DNA of 64,000 nt from Daphnia carinata (lineage: Eukaryota). The notes under the pieces were generated by a model that was given only the letters and a program-made list of their open reading frames with translations, was not told the DNA's origin and searched no databases. The number at the start of each line of letters is the position of its first letter. Position 1 is the first letter of the stretch. Shown here in pieces: positions 32,201 to 46,093 of this stretch. A program made the position numbers and the translations under genes. Where the stretch lies: NCBI RefSeq assembly GCF_022539665.2, contig NC_081334.1, forward strand, positions 806,001-870,000, given 5' to 3'.

Positions 32201-32582
32201 AAGAAAGCGCTACCCGTCCAAAGCATTAGAAAGCCCGGTATTATAACTAATATGCAAAACATAGAATAGCTGATGGCGCTTACCTTCGTTAGTGTTTTGT
32301 TGGTAGCGGCAAGCACAATAGCGGATAGGTAGTTTTAAAACCAAGCATGGCGTGTTAGTTGTTTGGATTGAAAATAATAATAATAATAATAATAATGTCG
32401 CGATCAAAACATTTTTAAAAATCTAAAAACATTAGAGCTCTCATCATTCCCAATTTGTCTTCCCCCCCCCCCCCTCCATTGTTTTTAAAAAATTTTTTTT
32501 TTTTTTTTTTTTTTTTGGCCAATGTTGCGTTTGTGCAATCTGTTTTTTTGTTTATGATGTGTGACTTGGATGGTGCGTGTAT

Positions 32583-35500
32583 CTATCGTACCCAGGATCG
32601 CCCAGGTGCCAGAGCTGCTAGAGAACACAACGGCGGCGGCTGCGACGACACCACTGAGGAAGACAGAGTGCCACCGGAAGCCGGAACAGACGTGGACGAT
32701 GTACCGAAATGAGCCATATTATTAAAATCGCCACTGTTGACTGTCGGCTGCGTGGCGTGGTGATTCAGGTGGTGCTGTTGCAGGTAATGGTGATGATGGT
32801 GTTGCTGCTGATGCAGTCCGAGCTGGTACTGCTGCTGCTGGTGCTGCTGTTGCATCATTTGCTGATGCTGACTAAAATTGAAATCCAGAGATCCGTCCAT
32901 GCTGAGCTCATGCTTAATGACTTCGTCGACGTTACAATCTTCGAAGCCACCCTGCAGCGAATCTAGATTCAGATCCAGGTCGTTTGGCATCAAGCCGGAT
33001 ACGACGCCGTTATTATTCAGCACACCCATAAGGTGGCTCATGACTTGAGACGGCGTTGGGGTTGTCTCCGATTCGTGACGAATGTGCTCAGGCGGACTAG
33101 GGCTGTGGCTGGAGCTGTTGTTACCCTGAGCTAGGGCGGCCCGCAGTAAACCTGAGCCACTACTTCCGATGGCGTTGCAATTGTTTGTCGAAGCCAAGTT
33201 GACCAGCCCCGACTGCGACGAAGTGCAGAAACGTCCCAAGACAGGAAGGCCGCTAACGTAGCCAACGTTGCTCAGTCCGCTATTGCAGCTGTTGTGACGC
33301 TGCTGTTGATCCAGCAAGTGAGGCGGCGACAGCGAATGCAAATTATGGGACGGAGATAGACCCTGTTGGTTTTTCGTTTGAAAATCAAATGAATTAAAAG
33401 ACATTTCTTTCAACTGATTGATCACGATATATACCTGCAAGGTGGCCATCGAATAAGGAGGCGGTGCATCGTTCGGCCCGTTGATGATCCTCTGCGGCTG
33501 CGGCGATCGTCCCATTCCTGAAGACACTGCTCTTCCCGACGACGTGGACGAGGATGAAGAGGCAGAGCCCCCTAGCGAATGATAATCCTGCTGGGATGGC
33601 TGCTGCTGGCCGGCGTAAGGTGACGCGTAGCTGGCCTGATGGCACAAACTATAGCCGTTGCTGTTCGTTGCCGACGAGGCCGACGGTGATTGCTGCTGCC
33701 GCTTTTGCTGGATGTTGGCCGGCGAGTTGGTCGATGACTTGGAGGCGGCCGACGGGGCCAGAAACCCATTCTCGCGGATCTTCATACTTTCCGCGATATT
33801 GTCGACCAACTGATCCGGATTGAAGCGATCGTTGCCGCCACTTGTTGGTTGGCCGTAGACGTCGGCGGTGGAGGGGTAGTCTTGAGGACTCCACGGGCTG
33901 TCCTGTACTTCGGATTCCGGTACGGCGGGAATTGGTGAGAGACGGCCGATAGAGCTGGCATTGGACGAGGCTCGAGGTCGGAAATCACCCGGACTCAGCT
34001 GTTGCAACTGATAGTGCGGATGGCCACCGTGCGAATGCGACAGCGAGTGGTGAAGTTGCGGCGATTCGGGGAACATGTCCAAACCCTCGGAAACGGAAGA
34101 ACTAGGCGACGGCGTCGTCATCAAACCCGCTCGTAACGCTTCAACCTGTTTTAACATTTGATTTATTTTTTAAATTATTATTATGTGCTACATCGTCGTC
34201 GATTGACGTTCAAAATGGATTGGGTTTTTCACTATTTGTTCCCCGACACAAAGAAAATTGCGCATTTGGTTGGAATTCTGGGAAAAGGGATCCCTCCTTG
34301 ATTTGAAGGGAGGACATTGTGTTCACCATTTTATGAGAGGGTAATCAGGGCCGGTGAAGACTGGCGTCACATCACCGGTAAAACGAAATGCAAATAGCTT
34401 TGAATAACCGTACAGAGAAGGAACAACGTTCACGTTCGCTTGCACAAACAAGAACGTCTCGTTCCATCATGTTCGAAGCACTTGACGAACGTTCGTCACT
34501 CTAAACGAACAACGACGTCGTCATCAGCTCGTCCTCATCACGAACGATGAATATTCACCAAGAGAAGGAGGGAAAAAAAAAAAAGGGTGGGATGAAAAAA
34601 AAAAATAAATCAAATGCCACGTTTTGATTGGGTGTCAACATCGAATAGAAGGAATCTTAACACGGTCCATAGTTTTTTTTTTTATCAAAGTCGAGATGAA
34701 TGGAAACGAATGAATTTCGGAGCTGATTCAAACTTGTTCTGCTGGCTATCATTTAAAACGACTAGCGTTTGTAATTAGAACGACGAGCATATGCTTTCCT
34801 ACATAATCACGAGCATTTGTCCGATAACCTCTGCGGACCCAAAAAAAAAAAAAAAAAAAAACCTTTCGATTTTTACTAGAGCAAAAAAAAAAAAAAAAAC
34901 GAGACGAGACGACCATTCAAGTCCAGAGTTCATCTGTGATTTCTTAGCCAGTCGTGGACTGAACCTAAAGCCTCCCCGACGACTAGCGTTTGTTTCTCGA
35001 ATCGCGTATAGCCTTGCGCAACAAGACACTCCTTACATTTCATCAGTGTCAACACTTCAAAAGCCACGCATTCAAAAAATTACATCATCCAAACAATTTG
35101 CCTTGAATTGCAAATCGTCCTAGTAGCAAAGCCATCCTTTCAATAAAAATCTCTGAATAAATAGCTTCATTTTTTACATCTATTTTGAAGGTAAAATAGA
35201 AAAAAACAAAACAAAAAATAAACAAATAACTATCTCTTGAAGAATGCGATTGGTCGTACCTTCTTTTTGACTCGTCCTCGCTTCTTCTCGTATTTGGAGG
35301 TCTCCATGGAAGTGGCTCGGCGACGGGCTGATTTTCCTGGTTTGGCATCCGGGTTGATCATCCACCACGACGATTTGCCAGTCCCCTCATTTTGCACCCG
35401 CATGAATCGGTTGTGCAACGATAAATTGTGGCGAATTGAATTCTAAAAAAATGTTTCAAAAAAACAAAAACCAAACAAAACCATTTTTTAATTGAATTTT

Positions 35501-35834
35501 ACATCATTCGTAGCCATTTAAATATTGTTATTGCTCTTTCATTATTCTCCATCAAATAAAGGCAAACCCTTTCGCTTTAAAACCTATTTAAAATCTATGC
35601 TTACAATAAAATGAGATTTTTTTTTTTTCTTTCGAGCACCATTTTATTACTCATCCCCCTACCAGTTCGCTGATGAGCGAACTACCAGTTTTTTTTTTTT
35701 TTCGATGAAAGCGGAAGGTTTAAAAAAAAAAACCTTTGCTCTTTTCAGAACCTCTCGGCTAGGGAAAGGGGGAGAAGGTGGGTAGTCGGGAGAGAAGCGA
35801 GATTGATTGATGATTACAAAAGAGCATATAGGAG

Positions 35835-35894
<60 letters not shown>

Positions 35895-37936
35895 CTGCGG
35901 GAGTAAAAAAAAGAGCTCGCCATTTTTCCTGTCGGTTTCAATGGCCGAACAGCGGGAGAAGAACGATCGCCCGGCTAAGACCAGCAGTGCTAACTTTGAA
36001 AATAGTGAAAGATGGACTGTCGTCGGTAGTGGCAGGTCGTTTTTTTCATTCCCGTATTCAAAAGAGATCGACCAGAGTAGAGCAGACAGGCAGACGAGAG
36101 AGAAAAAAAGGGTGGGGGGAGGGGGAGGCTAGGAGCTTTTTACATAGGAAAAAAAAAAAAATGATAAGGCGCAGCCCTTTTAATACCAAACGATTATGAA
36201 AATGAGATCAATGGTTATTGCAGCCCTGTACAATATATATACTTTTAAGGACGGAGTGGGCTTGAAGAAAACTCTCTCAAAAGACGAAGATGAATGAAAT
36301 GTCGAGAGTGCTGGCTCCGTCGCTGAAACCTGGCCCTCGTTTGATTAATGATAACTTTGATTCTTCTTCTTCTTTGCTATACCACTATACACATTTTATT
36401 TTTTTTTATTTTTTTTTGCTTTTCTTCCCTTTAACAACTCAATGTATAGCAAACGATGTTGAAAACTTTGCTTGAGAAATGGTACGAAGGCTTGTAACAA
36501 ACGTTCTCGACGAGTGGATTCAACATCAAGAGAAAATGAAAGCGCCAGACACATCAAAAAAAAAAAAAAAAAAAAAGAGCGACACGAGTCCAGGAGGGCT
36601 CGATGGGGGTCTGATAGTGAACACCTACAAGTTTCATTGCTTGTTGGATTTATCTGTAATCAAAACAAAGACGAGTCTCCCTCTCACCCCACCTTTAGCC
36701 GTGTTTGATTCAAAGTGTATCGGATGGATTGGGCATTCGGACACTAGAGAATCATTTAAAAAAACAAAAAAAAAAAAACAATTCATGGAACACGGGATTT
36801 TGTTATGACCTTAGCTGACTGAGACATCATGTTTCAACATGAAAAATATTAAATCGCATTTTTTTTTTCTTCTCATTTCAACGGTAACAATTCCCTCCGC
36901 TTTTTTTTTTTTCTTATTTCAAAGGAAACCTTCAACGCATCGTTCATCACTCAGATTTTTTCTTCTTCTTCTTCTTCGTATGCAGCAAACGCTGATATTT
37001 TAGCCAGACCAGGATAGGGGTGAGGACAAGAGGGGGAGACGGGCGACAGTGAAAACTATCCATCAACTCGGCCTGTCCTGATTATTTTTGCTTGCATTCA
37101 TTTCCTGGGCCGAGCGTCGACGCGAACGCGTAAAAATATGGCAGATCGTAAACCTGATATTCATATATAACCGTGCTATTTGGGTGGCCATCACTCCCTA
37201 CTCAATAGGAATATTTTTTTAAGAGGCACGCAAGTGAATTCGACCGAATGGAGAGCCATCGGACTTGTCCACCGTGATCAATGAATTGAACTATTATATA
37301 TTAATTTTTTTTTTTTTTTTTCGTGTACCCTTCCAATATTTTCGTGAACCCTTTCTAAATTTAATGGAAAAAAAAAGGAGATTGAATTAAACAATAAGAA
37401 TGTAAAACGTTAGTTTGGCGGGGTGGGTACGTAGATATGATTGCAGCTCTCGTTGCGCGAGTCGATCCCAATAAAAAGACGTTACCCGATTCAGACTAAC
37501 AAATACATTTTTTTTTTTCTAGGCTGTCCAATCATAGTGGTGTTTTTTTTTTGTATGCCTGTTTCGCTTTATCGATCTGACGAACGACGTCAATATCAGA
37601 TCTCATATCTGCGAAATGCGGTTTTGACGGGCCAGAAGGAGCAATAAAGACATTTTTTTTTTTTTTTTTTTTACTCAATCGAAATTTCAACCCAGGTACC
37701 CGGTATTCTTCATTCTCTTCATCCTCGTGCCATTTCCAAAACATCCTTTCCCCGCCAAGTGCCGGAAATCGAATTTTTCAAAAAAATTATTTGTGTAAAT
37801 GCTACTTCTATGCATAGATGGCAGCACCGGAGTATAATTGACAATAAAAGATAGAGAGAAAAAAAAAAAGAAGAAAAACCAGAGTCAGGGCAATATGGTA
37901 GAGTTGACAATACAGTTCAAAAAAAAAAAACGTCGA

Positions 37937-37972
<36 letters not shown>

Positions 37973-38407
37973 AGGAACGACAGTGTTGTTCCAAAGTCTA
38001 ATAGACGCGTCGAAATGCATAGCCGAGAGAACGGAAACCTAACGGGAAGGCTGTCAACATGATTGCGCTGCCCGCGTATTCAATCAATCAAGTGGCGACG
38101 GAGGGGAAGAAGCCCAACATGATCGGACGGAAGCTGAACGAAAGCTCCCCCAAACAAATTTGTATTCGTCTTTTAAAATAAAATAATAAATAAGAAAAAA
38201 AAAAAAAAAAAGAGGGTACGACGTAACTTGTACGAATCACGAGTTCACTGAATTCGCCCGAGCCCCGTGTAACGCAAACGAATAGGAGAAAGATGGACGA
38301 CACTAACCAAAAGTTGGTAGCCTCGTCACTATCGATAAGCAAACACGCCTACGGACTCGACCCTTCAACCTTAAACCGCAATCAAAAACAATTTGTTTTT
38401 TTAAATG

Positions 38408-38441
<34 letters not shown>

Positions 38442-41400
38442 AAACTAAAGCCACAACTTTGCCGAGCTCAGGCGTTCCAGATCTGATTTCGATACGCACA
38501 AAACTAGAGCTACGTCGACAAAGTGTGTTAGCTCGTCACATCACGCGCACACAATTTCCTATCTGTTTTATCAATTTGGCCAAAATTGAACGACCGTTGT
38601 GTCATTGGGTCCACGTGCCACATGTGGCACGTGTACGTTTCAAGTGAGAAAGAAGGAAAAAAAAAAAAAACCCCGATGTATCCAGGTATTTTCGTTCGTT
38701 CAACTTGACACACGCGGGAAGGGTGCGTACCCACCGCTTAACGGCCCAACGGAATTAAATAGCAGCTCTAACATACTGTACTTAACTCTATTTTTTTTTT
38801 CTCTGTACTTGTTCGGCAGACCCTATAGCACGTGAGTAAATAAAAGCGAGAACGATCGAAGCGAAAAGTACCTGGAAAAAAAAAAAAGAAACAGGTGGAT
38901 CTGCGACTAACGCGGCCACATGTTGCGGTGACGTAAGAACAGGGGGGTTGGTACCACAACCAACGGTACGCATGTTGCGCCCTAAGTACGCATATCCATG
39001 ACCTATTCACACTAACCCAATAGTATTTTTTAGGGGGGGGGGGGGGGGTTGACCCTTTCGAAACTTTTGAGGGATTTAACGGATAGAAAAAAAATATAAA
39101 TAAATAAAAATTTTAAAAAATTGGATGCAGTTCGTGAAACGCCTACTGGGGACACGAACGGATAAGATAGGCCGTCTCAGATTTTGCCTGGACATCAGGA
39201 AGGACAAAGGGGGCATTTTTTTTTTTTTCTTTCGTTAAATCTTTTGCCTCCCTTTTTTTCTTTTTCTTTTTCGACCTCTCATTTTTTTTTTTTTTTTCTG
39301 TTGGGGGCTATTCCTAGGCGCCTATCGCGGTGGGCCAAACAAAAAACTAGGTCACTTGTGCGGGTGGGGGGCTATGACATCGGGCCGATACAGTTCATTC
39401 CTGCCGCCCTGATTTTGGTTTTTTTTTTATGATTGCCGTCGAATCTGCACCGAAGAGGGCCAAGTCTGCCAATATAGACCTTCAATTTCCAGCCTTTTTT
39501 TTTGTGGTCTTGGTCGGAATGATTGTTGCGGATATAAAAAAAAATAAAAAATAAAAAATAAGTAAGAAAACGGTGCTTTTTTAACTCCCCTATACGGGAA
39601 GGCTATTTCCCTTAAATCTCGCCCTTTTTATTTTGGTTTTTACTCGGTGCCAGAAATTCGCACTTTTCAACATGTTGCCTTTTGTCTTTCATGACTAGCC
39701 GACAGACGAGCAAAAGGCAACTGGAACCGCCGTCGCTTTGATCCATTTGTTTTTATGACGATCTCGCACGACATGTTAGCGGCCTATGACAAACCGGTAC
39801 GACCTTTGTTGACCTCTTCATTTCTACCGTTGCAAAATCCAGGCCAAATTTGATTGGGTTTTTTAAAAACCTGCTTTTAAAAAGACCCCCGGTGGGTTTT
39901 TTTTGTTTTGTTTTCTGTCCATCACGTACAATTGCATAACTTCCATAAATGAATCGAAATAGAAAAAAAAAACAAAAAAACGAAAGAGAGATGGGTTATT
40001 GGCCGCACGTACGACGTGTTGGACAACATGTGACTTTCGCAAACAAGGTTGCACGCCATCGTTACGAGCCGATTAGAATTCGAAATGATTGCGGTCCAAT
40101 GAAAATAAAAGGAAACGTAAAAAAACAAAAAAAACAAATCATTTCGATTGATAAGCTTTGAAATTTGCTTCGTCGTTGGGACTGTTCAAAGTTATAGCAA
40201 TCGATCTTCATCTATCGCCGTGGTGAGGCAATCGTTAAGCCACGTGCCGATCAACTTTGGCCAATCGTCTATTACACTAGCGCGTCGATGTAACGCACTT
40301 GTTTACATCGAATCAACAAAAAAAAGGAAGAACTATTGGCCAGATGATTAAGAGCTTTCGACTGATTTATCGCAAGAAGAGAACAACGTCCCTCAAGAAA
40401 ACACGAAGCAAGACAAGACGAATTTTTCAAAGAATCTGACACGGCCGGCCTTGATGATTTTCATAAGAAGCTCGAGGTCGATTTCAAAAAAAAAAAAAAA
40501 AAAAAAAAAAGAAAAATCTTGCACCGACTTTGAGATGCAGGAAATCGACAAAAAAAAAAAATGAGGAAAGGTCGAAAGACACGCCTAGGCGGAATCTTCT
40601 CAGAAGATGACCTTATAACACAGCTCGCACTTCCAGGGCTTATTTCTTCTTAATAGACCTTGATAGAATAGACTTTTATTTCCCACTCTCTGGCGAACAC
40701 ATATATGTATATATATTTTTTGTTATTGACTTAAAAAATCGAAATGTAAATCCTTATTTAAGTACTCCAAAAAAACAAAAAAAAAAAAATTGACCCTGTT
40801 CTCAAATGTGCCCAACGTGACCGCTAGGGGTAAACATCTAGGGCTTTTATACAGTATATATACACATATTTTTGTATACAAGCTGTTAAACAAGACGAAC
40901 GTTCTATTGGAAAATTCTGAATGTACGACACTCGAATAAATAAGAAGAAAAGAAAAGAATGGGATAGAATGGTATATACACCGGACCTCGTACATGTAGT
41001 TACAGTTGATTAGACGATATGGTGAAGCACATCGCGTCCGGACGGAAGAAGGGTGAGAGAATGAAAAGTTGCAGTAATCCACACTTCCGCTACAGCAACA
41101 AAAAGGAGATTTGGCCAACTCTTTTTTTTCTTTTTTTTCACAATTTTTTTTTCCCCCCTCTCTTTTGATTTTATTTTTTTTCTCACTCTTTCTTTCGCCC
41201 ACATATGCTTGTAAGAGTCTCTCTCTCTCTCTCTTTTTAGCAAACGATCTGCCAAAATGCGAAGGGGGTGAATAGAAAGAAAAGAGAGACCCCTCTCTAC
41301 TTCTGAAAAAGCAGAAAAGGGGTTACAGCAAAACGAGAGAAAAGAAGAGGGGGTTGCGAATTTCACATCCCCCTCTTCTTTTCTTCTGTTGTATGGTCCC

Positions 41401-44400
41401 GCCAAATCCCGCATGGTAACCAACCGATACAACATCAATGAAGAATAGAATTCTTTTTTTTTTTTTTGAAAAAAAAAAAGGGGTGGTTGTCGCCCTCGGG
41501 TAGGCTCCAATATGAAAGCAAAAACATCAGATGTGACCAAAAAGCGCAAAAATGGCCGCTGTGCTCATCTACGTACCTCACTGCAAATCAAAAACTCGCG
41601 ACACTAAACGAGAACATCACGTCACGAATCGCCTCTTTGACACAAAATTTTGAAAAATGACTTTTTTTGATTTTGTTTTGAAATTTTCAAACGATTTTCA
41701 AAAGATGCAAGGCAAACCATATTAGTCATAGGATAAGAGAATGTGCGATGAAGCCTTGGGTTTGTTCACCTTCGTTTCGTGAAGGGCATTCATGAAAAGA
41801 AGAAAACCATTTGGCATGTTTCTTTTTTTTTTTTTTTTCACAGAGAATTGAAGCTCTCTTCTCTGGTTTTTGCTTCTCTTCTCCCTCCCCCCCCCCCCCT
41901 TCATGTCCGAATTTAACCCCGTCGGTCGACCTTGGTAACGCGTCGGTAACGCGTCGGCGGACCGGTCGGCGAACCCCTTTCGCTAAAAATTCTCCTTTTT
42001 TTTTTTTTTTTTTTTTTTTTTTGGTTTTGGCCATCACCCTATGTGTTCGTTTCTGTTCTTCATTTTTTTTTTTTTTTCTTCTTCTTCTCCCCCCCCTCCC
42101 TTATGCACCACTCTTCACCCCTACCAGCACGCACATCCCCCCTCTTTTTTTTTTTTTTTTGCAAGTTTCGGCGAATAAGCAAAAGAATTTCGGCACAACA
42201 CGAGGGTTCCAACCCTCCCCTTCGTAACCAAGTACGGCCGTTCACGAATAGAATTCTCTTTTTTTTTTTTTTCAGAAAGAAAGAAAGAAAACTCTTTTTT
42301 TTTTTTGCCTATTTCCTAAAAAACGTTTGGTATTAACGGTGAACGTTGAAGAAGAAAAACAAAAAAATTCCACAAAGGCGAGATGTAGATCAACAGTATC
42401 CCTTTTTATTCTTCTTAAAGAAGACACGAATAGAAAAAAATGTGTCATGAAAAAAAAAAAGTAAAATAAAAGATGATTCGATTAGGAGGCTCTGTCGTTG
42501 TCGATGCGAGCCATCAGCTAATTAGCTGCTGGTTCCAGCTTTCTTTTTCCCTCTGTCTGTCATGTCTAGCCAAAGCTAAAAAAAAAAAAAAAAAGAACTT
42601 CCAATGCATTCCTCGTCAGCATAGGCCATGTTCTTATATATATATATATATACTTATAAATATATGAAAAATTGTAGAGGGGAAAAAGGAAAGAGAAAAA
42701 AAAAAAAGGGTCGCTCGATGACCCTATTCGCGACTGCACCTCATTCTCTTTAGGGGTTATATTGTTACTCCCTAGCACACACATACACACACACACACAC
42801 ACGGTATATTGTTTGCGTGTGTGTGTGTGTGAGTGGGAAAATGGCAACTCTCCCTTCGCCAATTCCAGGCGTTTCGCCATTCTTAGAGGGGGCTTTTGTA
42901 ACCCGATCTGACCCTGGATAGGCCCCAAACCACCCTCTGGGTTCTGTAATGGCCTCTTCTTGTGTATAACCCCCTTCTTTTTCTTTTTTTTTTTTTTTCA
43001 GGGACGAAGGGTAGAGCCACTGTAACCCTCCCCATAACCCTTTTGCTTTCTTCAGCATCTTCTTCGCCAATTCTTTTTTTTCTATTTTGCAGGGCTGTGT
43101 GTGTGTCGTGACCCTTTCGATGACCTCGTTCTCCACCCCCCCGTAGGTATACAGGCTTTACTCGCTTCTTTTCATAAAAAGTAAAAGGGGAAGGTATTCT
43201 GCACCTTTTCCACACACACACACACAACTGAAGGATATTATTATGATCAAAAGGATTTTTTTTTTAAGTATACGAGATTATAATTTTTTTTTTTTGCCTC
43301 CCTCACCAAAACATAATTTTAAGTCTCCCAGAAGATTTCGAGGTTGTGAAACGAGCAATCGGCAAATGAAATCACAAAATTATTGGAGGGTAGAAAATCC
43401 AGTGGCCTATCCTTGTAGATCAACGAAAACAAAAATGAAGATCACAATCAAATATGAATAACAGTAGACGAACGGTTTCATTGACTCAAAGAAAAGAATT
43501 CGGTGTGGATATTAAGAACCCCGAATGGTAATTGGAATCAACGATGGCGTGTTGGAAAAGAGCCTCGGCTCTAGTAACCGGTCAAACATCCTAACACGTT
43601 TTTTTTTTTTTTTCAAAGCCACTCTTTTGATGTATTCAATCGTTTCTTTTTAGAAAACAAAAAAAAAAAAAAATTAATAAAAAAAAAAAAAAGGGAGAAA
43701 GACACTAGATATGCACGCAACGCATTTCTTGCTTTCATCATCAATTCATGGTTTCCATATCTTAGCGATCGAATAGCAACGCACAGGAAATGACGATCCG
43801 GAGAATCGAATCCATTGTCTATTCCGTTATGGCTGTCATACGCCACACACACACCGATTCATTTAAATCAAGTACATTTAAAATATACCTGCCAAATTTT
43901 TTTAAAAATAAAGACATACGTCTTAATCCAGAAGTCGCTTTAAAATCAAAAAAAAAAAAATTGAATATATTAAACGCGAGTGGCGAAAGACGTGAGACGC
44001 AAGGCAAGCCCAGATAGCGATGGAAATGAAAAAGATATGAAAAAAAAAAAAAAAAAAAACTACACCGCATTAGTTTAGTTCTTTTTGATAGGTGCCGTGA
44101 CGTCACAACGACCATTGCCGGCGCCATCTCTGTAAAGGAGCCTGTGGCGCAAAAAAATACACACACACATACACGAAAAAAAAAAAAAGGAGAACATCCA
44201 AACACGCGTGACGTCACGGCTTCTTGGAGGCAAAACCTCCAAGGCCGCTCCACACTTGTACACTCGTCTGTCACGTGACGGCTTTCTCATTTTCACCGTG
44301 GCGGACGCCGACTTCTCTCTCACGACCCAACGGCGTCGAATACAAGCTCCCCCCCCCCTCCATCCTCCGTATGTTCTCTGGGTTTTTGTCTTTATGTTAT

Positions 44401-45296
44401 TCAAATGAGGACCAGACGTAATTGTTCAGACATGTCGTCGTTAGTACTATTACGCAACAAAAAAGCATCGATCGTTGACCTCCGTTCAACACTGGACGGA
44501 GAAGATAAAACAATCAAAATTTTGAAAAAAAAAAAGGTCCAAAATGAAGATGTTCAACAAATTAAAAAAAAAATTCGAAATAGAAAAAAAAAACGGCGCT
44601 TGTTTCGAATGTTCACGTGAATCCACATCGTTTCTGTGTGTAATCAGTTACTCTATCAACAGATGAAGGGCGTCCTTATCATCACGCGGGATTCGACGTC
44701 ATTGGTTTGAAAGGCTTCAGACGAAATAAAAAATGCATTCCCGCACCTTTCCTTACGCCCACTGCCGTCTTTTTTTTTTTGTTTTGCTTTTTTGTTTCCT
44801 ACATCCTAAATAAATCAAATCAAATGGACGTTACCTTCCATCCTGCCGAGCTGTTGCTGTCGCCTTTATCTTTAAAGTAGGGTACGTTCTGCACCATCCA
44901 GTCGTAGATTTGCGAGAGAGTCAACCGCTTGTCAGGCGAACTCTGGATGGCCTGCGTGATCAGATCGGCATAGGACATGTTACCCCAAGCGTTGCGTCGG
45001 CTGGAATTCTTTTTGGCTGCGGCCGCTGCGGCGGCACTGGCTGCCGATCCGCCACAAGAGCCGTCCAGTAGCTTCATCGAGTCAATGGGGCCGCCCATGT
45101 TGATGGCCATGCCGCCAACCATTCCGGCCATGCCAGTGCCGCTTGCGTGACACAACGAATCCACATCGCATGGCTCCTCTTTGATCTCGACGTAATTCTC
45201 GGGGCGGGGTAACGGCCACGTGTTGGATCGAGCCCTTTGCTGCGGCTCAAAATTCGAATCCAAGTCCAAATCTAAATCCAAATTGTGATGAGCCAT
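32583..45296 (-). CDS. foxo: Forkhead box O transcription factor; exons 45296-44835, 35442-35260, 34145-33435, 33362-32583
   Basis: Akt sites [16 protein letters not shown] and RPRASSNAS; forkhead domain [16 protein letters not shown]...[35 protein letters not shown]3 [23 protein letters not shown]-terminal SWVR*. Confidence 0.98.
35842..35889. repeat. (GA)n microsatellite in the FoxO long intron
   Basis: Uninterrupted AG dinucleotide run of about 24 units. Confidence 0.95.
44097..44279. promoter_or_regulatory. Cluster of palindromic bZIP/bHLH sites in FoxO intron 1
   Basis: GTGACGTCAC (44097-44106), CGTGACGTCACG (44207-44218) and GTCACGTGAC (44270-44279). Function is inferred from motif match only. 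Confidence 0.5.
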
Positions 45297-46067
45297 TTTT
45301 TGTTTCGATTGCTCACGTTAACTTTGACACACACACACACACACTCACACGCACGTACACATGCACACACACACACACTGAGCCCAAAAGAATCAAAGTT
45401 GAAATTAAAATATCGCTGAGTCACTGATCACGTTTGATTCTTCAATGTCATATTCTAAAAAAGGTTCTTGTTTTTCGAAATTCACGAAAACATTCACGAC
45501 ACTATCTCACTTTCAGTTCGATGAACGTTTTTTCGAGAGAGAGAGAAATAAGACGGGAGTTTTGATTCGAGTCACACACCCGGGCGTGTTACGTCTGTTG
45601 AGCGTATGGCAACACGGACTCGTTGGCGCGCCATAGGGCAACGCAATCTGAACCCCCCTTTTTTTTTTTCGCTGATTTCGGTCGAAGGTTATTCGCTGCC
45701 TTGGTCAAGTTCTATTTGCCTTGCTCGTTCGCTCTCGTTTTCGTGAAAATGCACGCGGCTAGGTAGATTACGTGTTGCCCGGCAGCGTAGCAACATGAGG
45801 ATATTGGCAGTGAACGCAGACGATCCAAGTGCGCACACTCGACGCAATCGTCAAATGAAAAAAAGGAAAAAACAAAAACAAAAAACAAACAACAAAAACA
45901 AATGGTGAACCGAAAATACACGAAAGAGAGAGAGCAACAGCAGCACACGGTGGCAGTTGTCCGATGTATCGTCTGGGCTCAGCGAGAGATGGACGCGCAC
46001 TGAAGCCGTTCGGTCGCACTTGGGATTTTCCACAATTTGACACACACCAGTAGAAAAGCATTACACA

Positions 46068-46093
46068 CCACTAGAGGGCGAGGGGGCGGAGCC
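46068..46093. promoter_or_regulatory. CTCF-like motif plus GC box upstream of FoxO
   Basis: CCACTAGAGGGCG followed by GGGGGCGGAG, about 780 bp upstream of the FoxO ATG. Confidence 0.5.

Noticed and set aside
40299..40306. FoxO-binding element TTGTTTAC in the FoxO intron (autoregulation)
   Set aside because: A single AT-rich 8-mer is expected by chance in this composition, and it also occurs elsewhere (e.g. 17161).
35450..44800. Many 60-180-aa ORFs rich in poly-K/poly-F inside the FoxO intron
   Set aside because: They arise from A/T homopolymer runs and microsatellites, with no protein-like composition.
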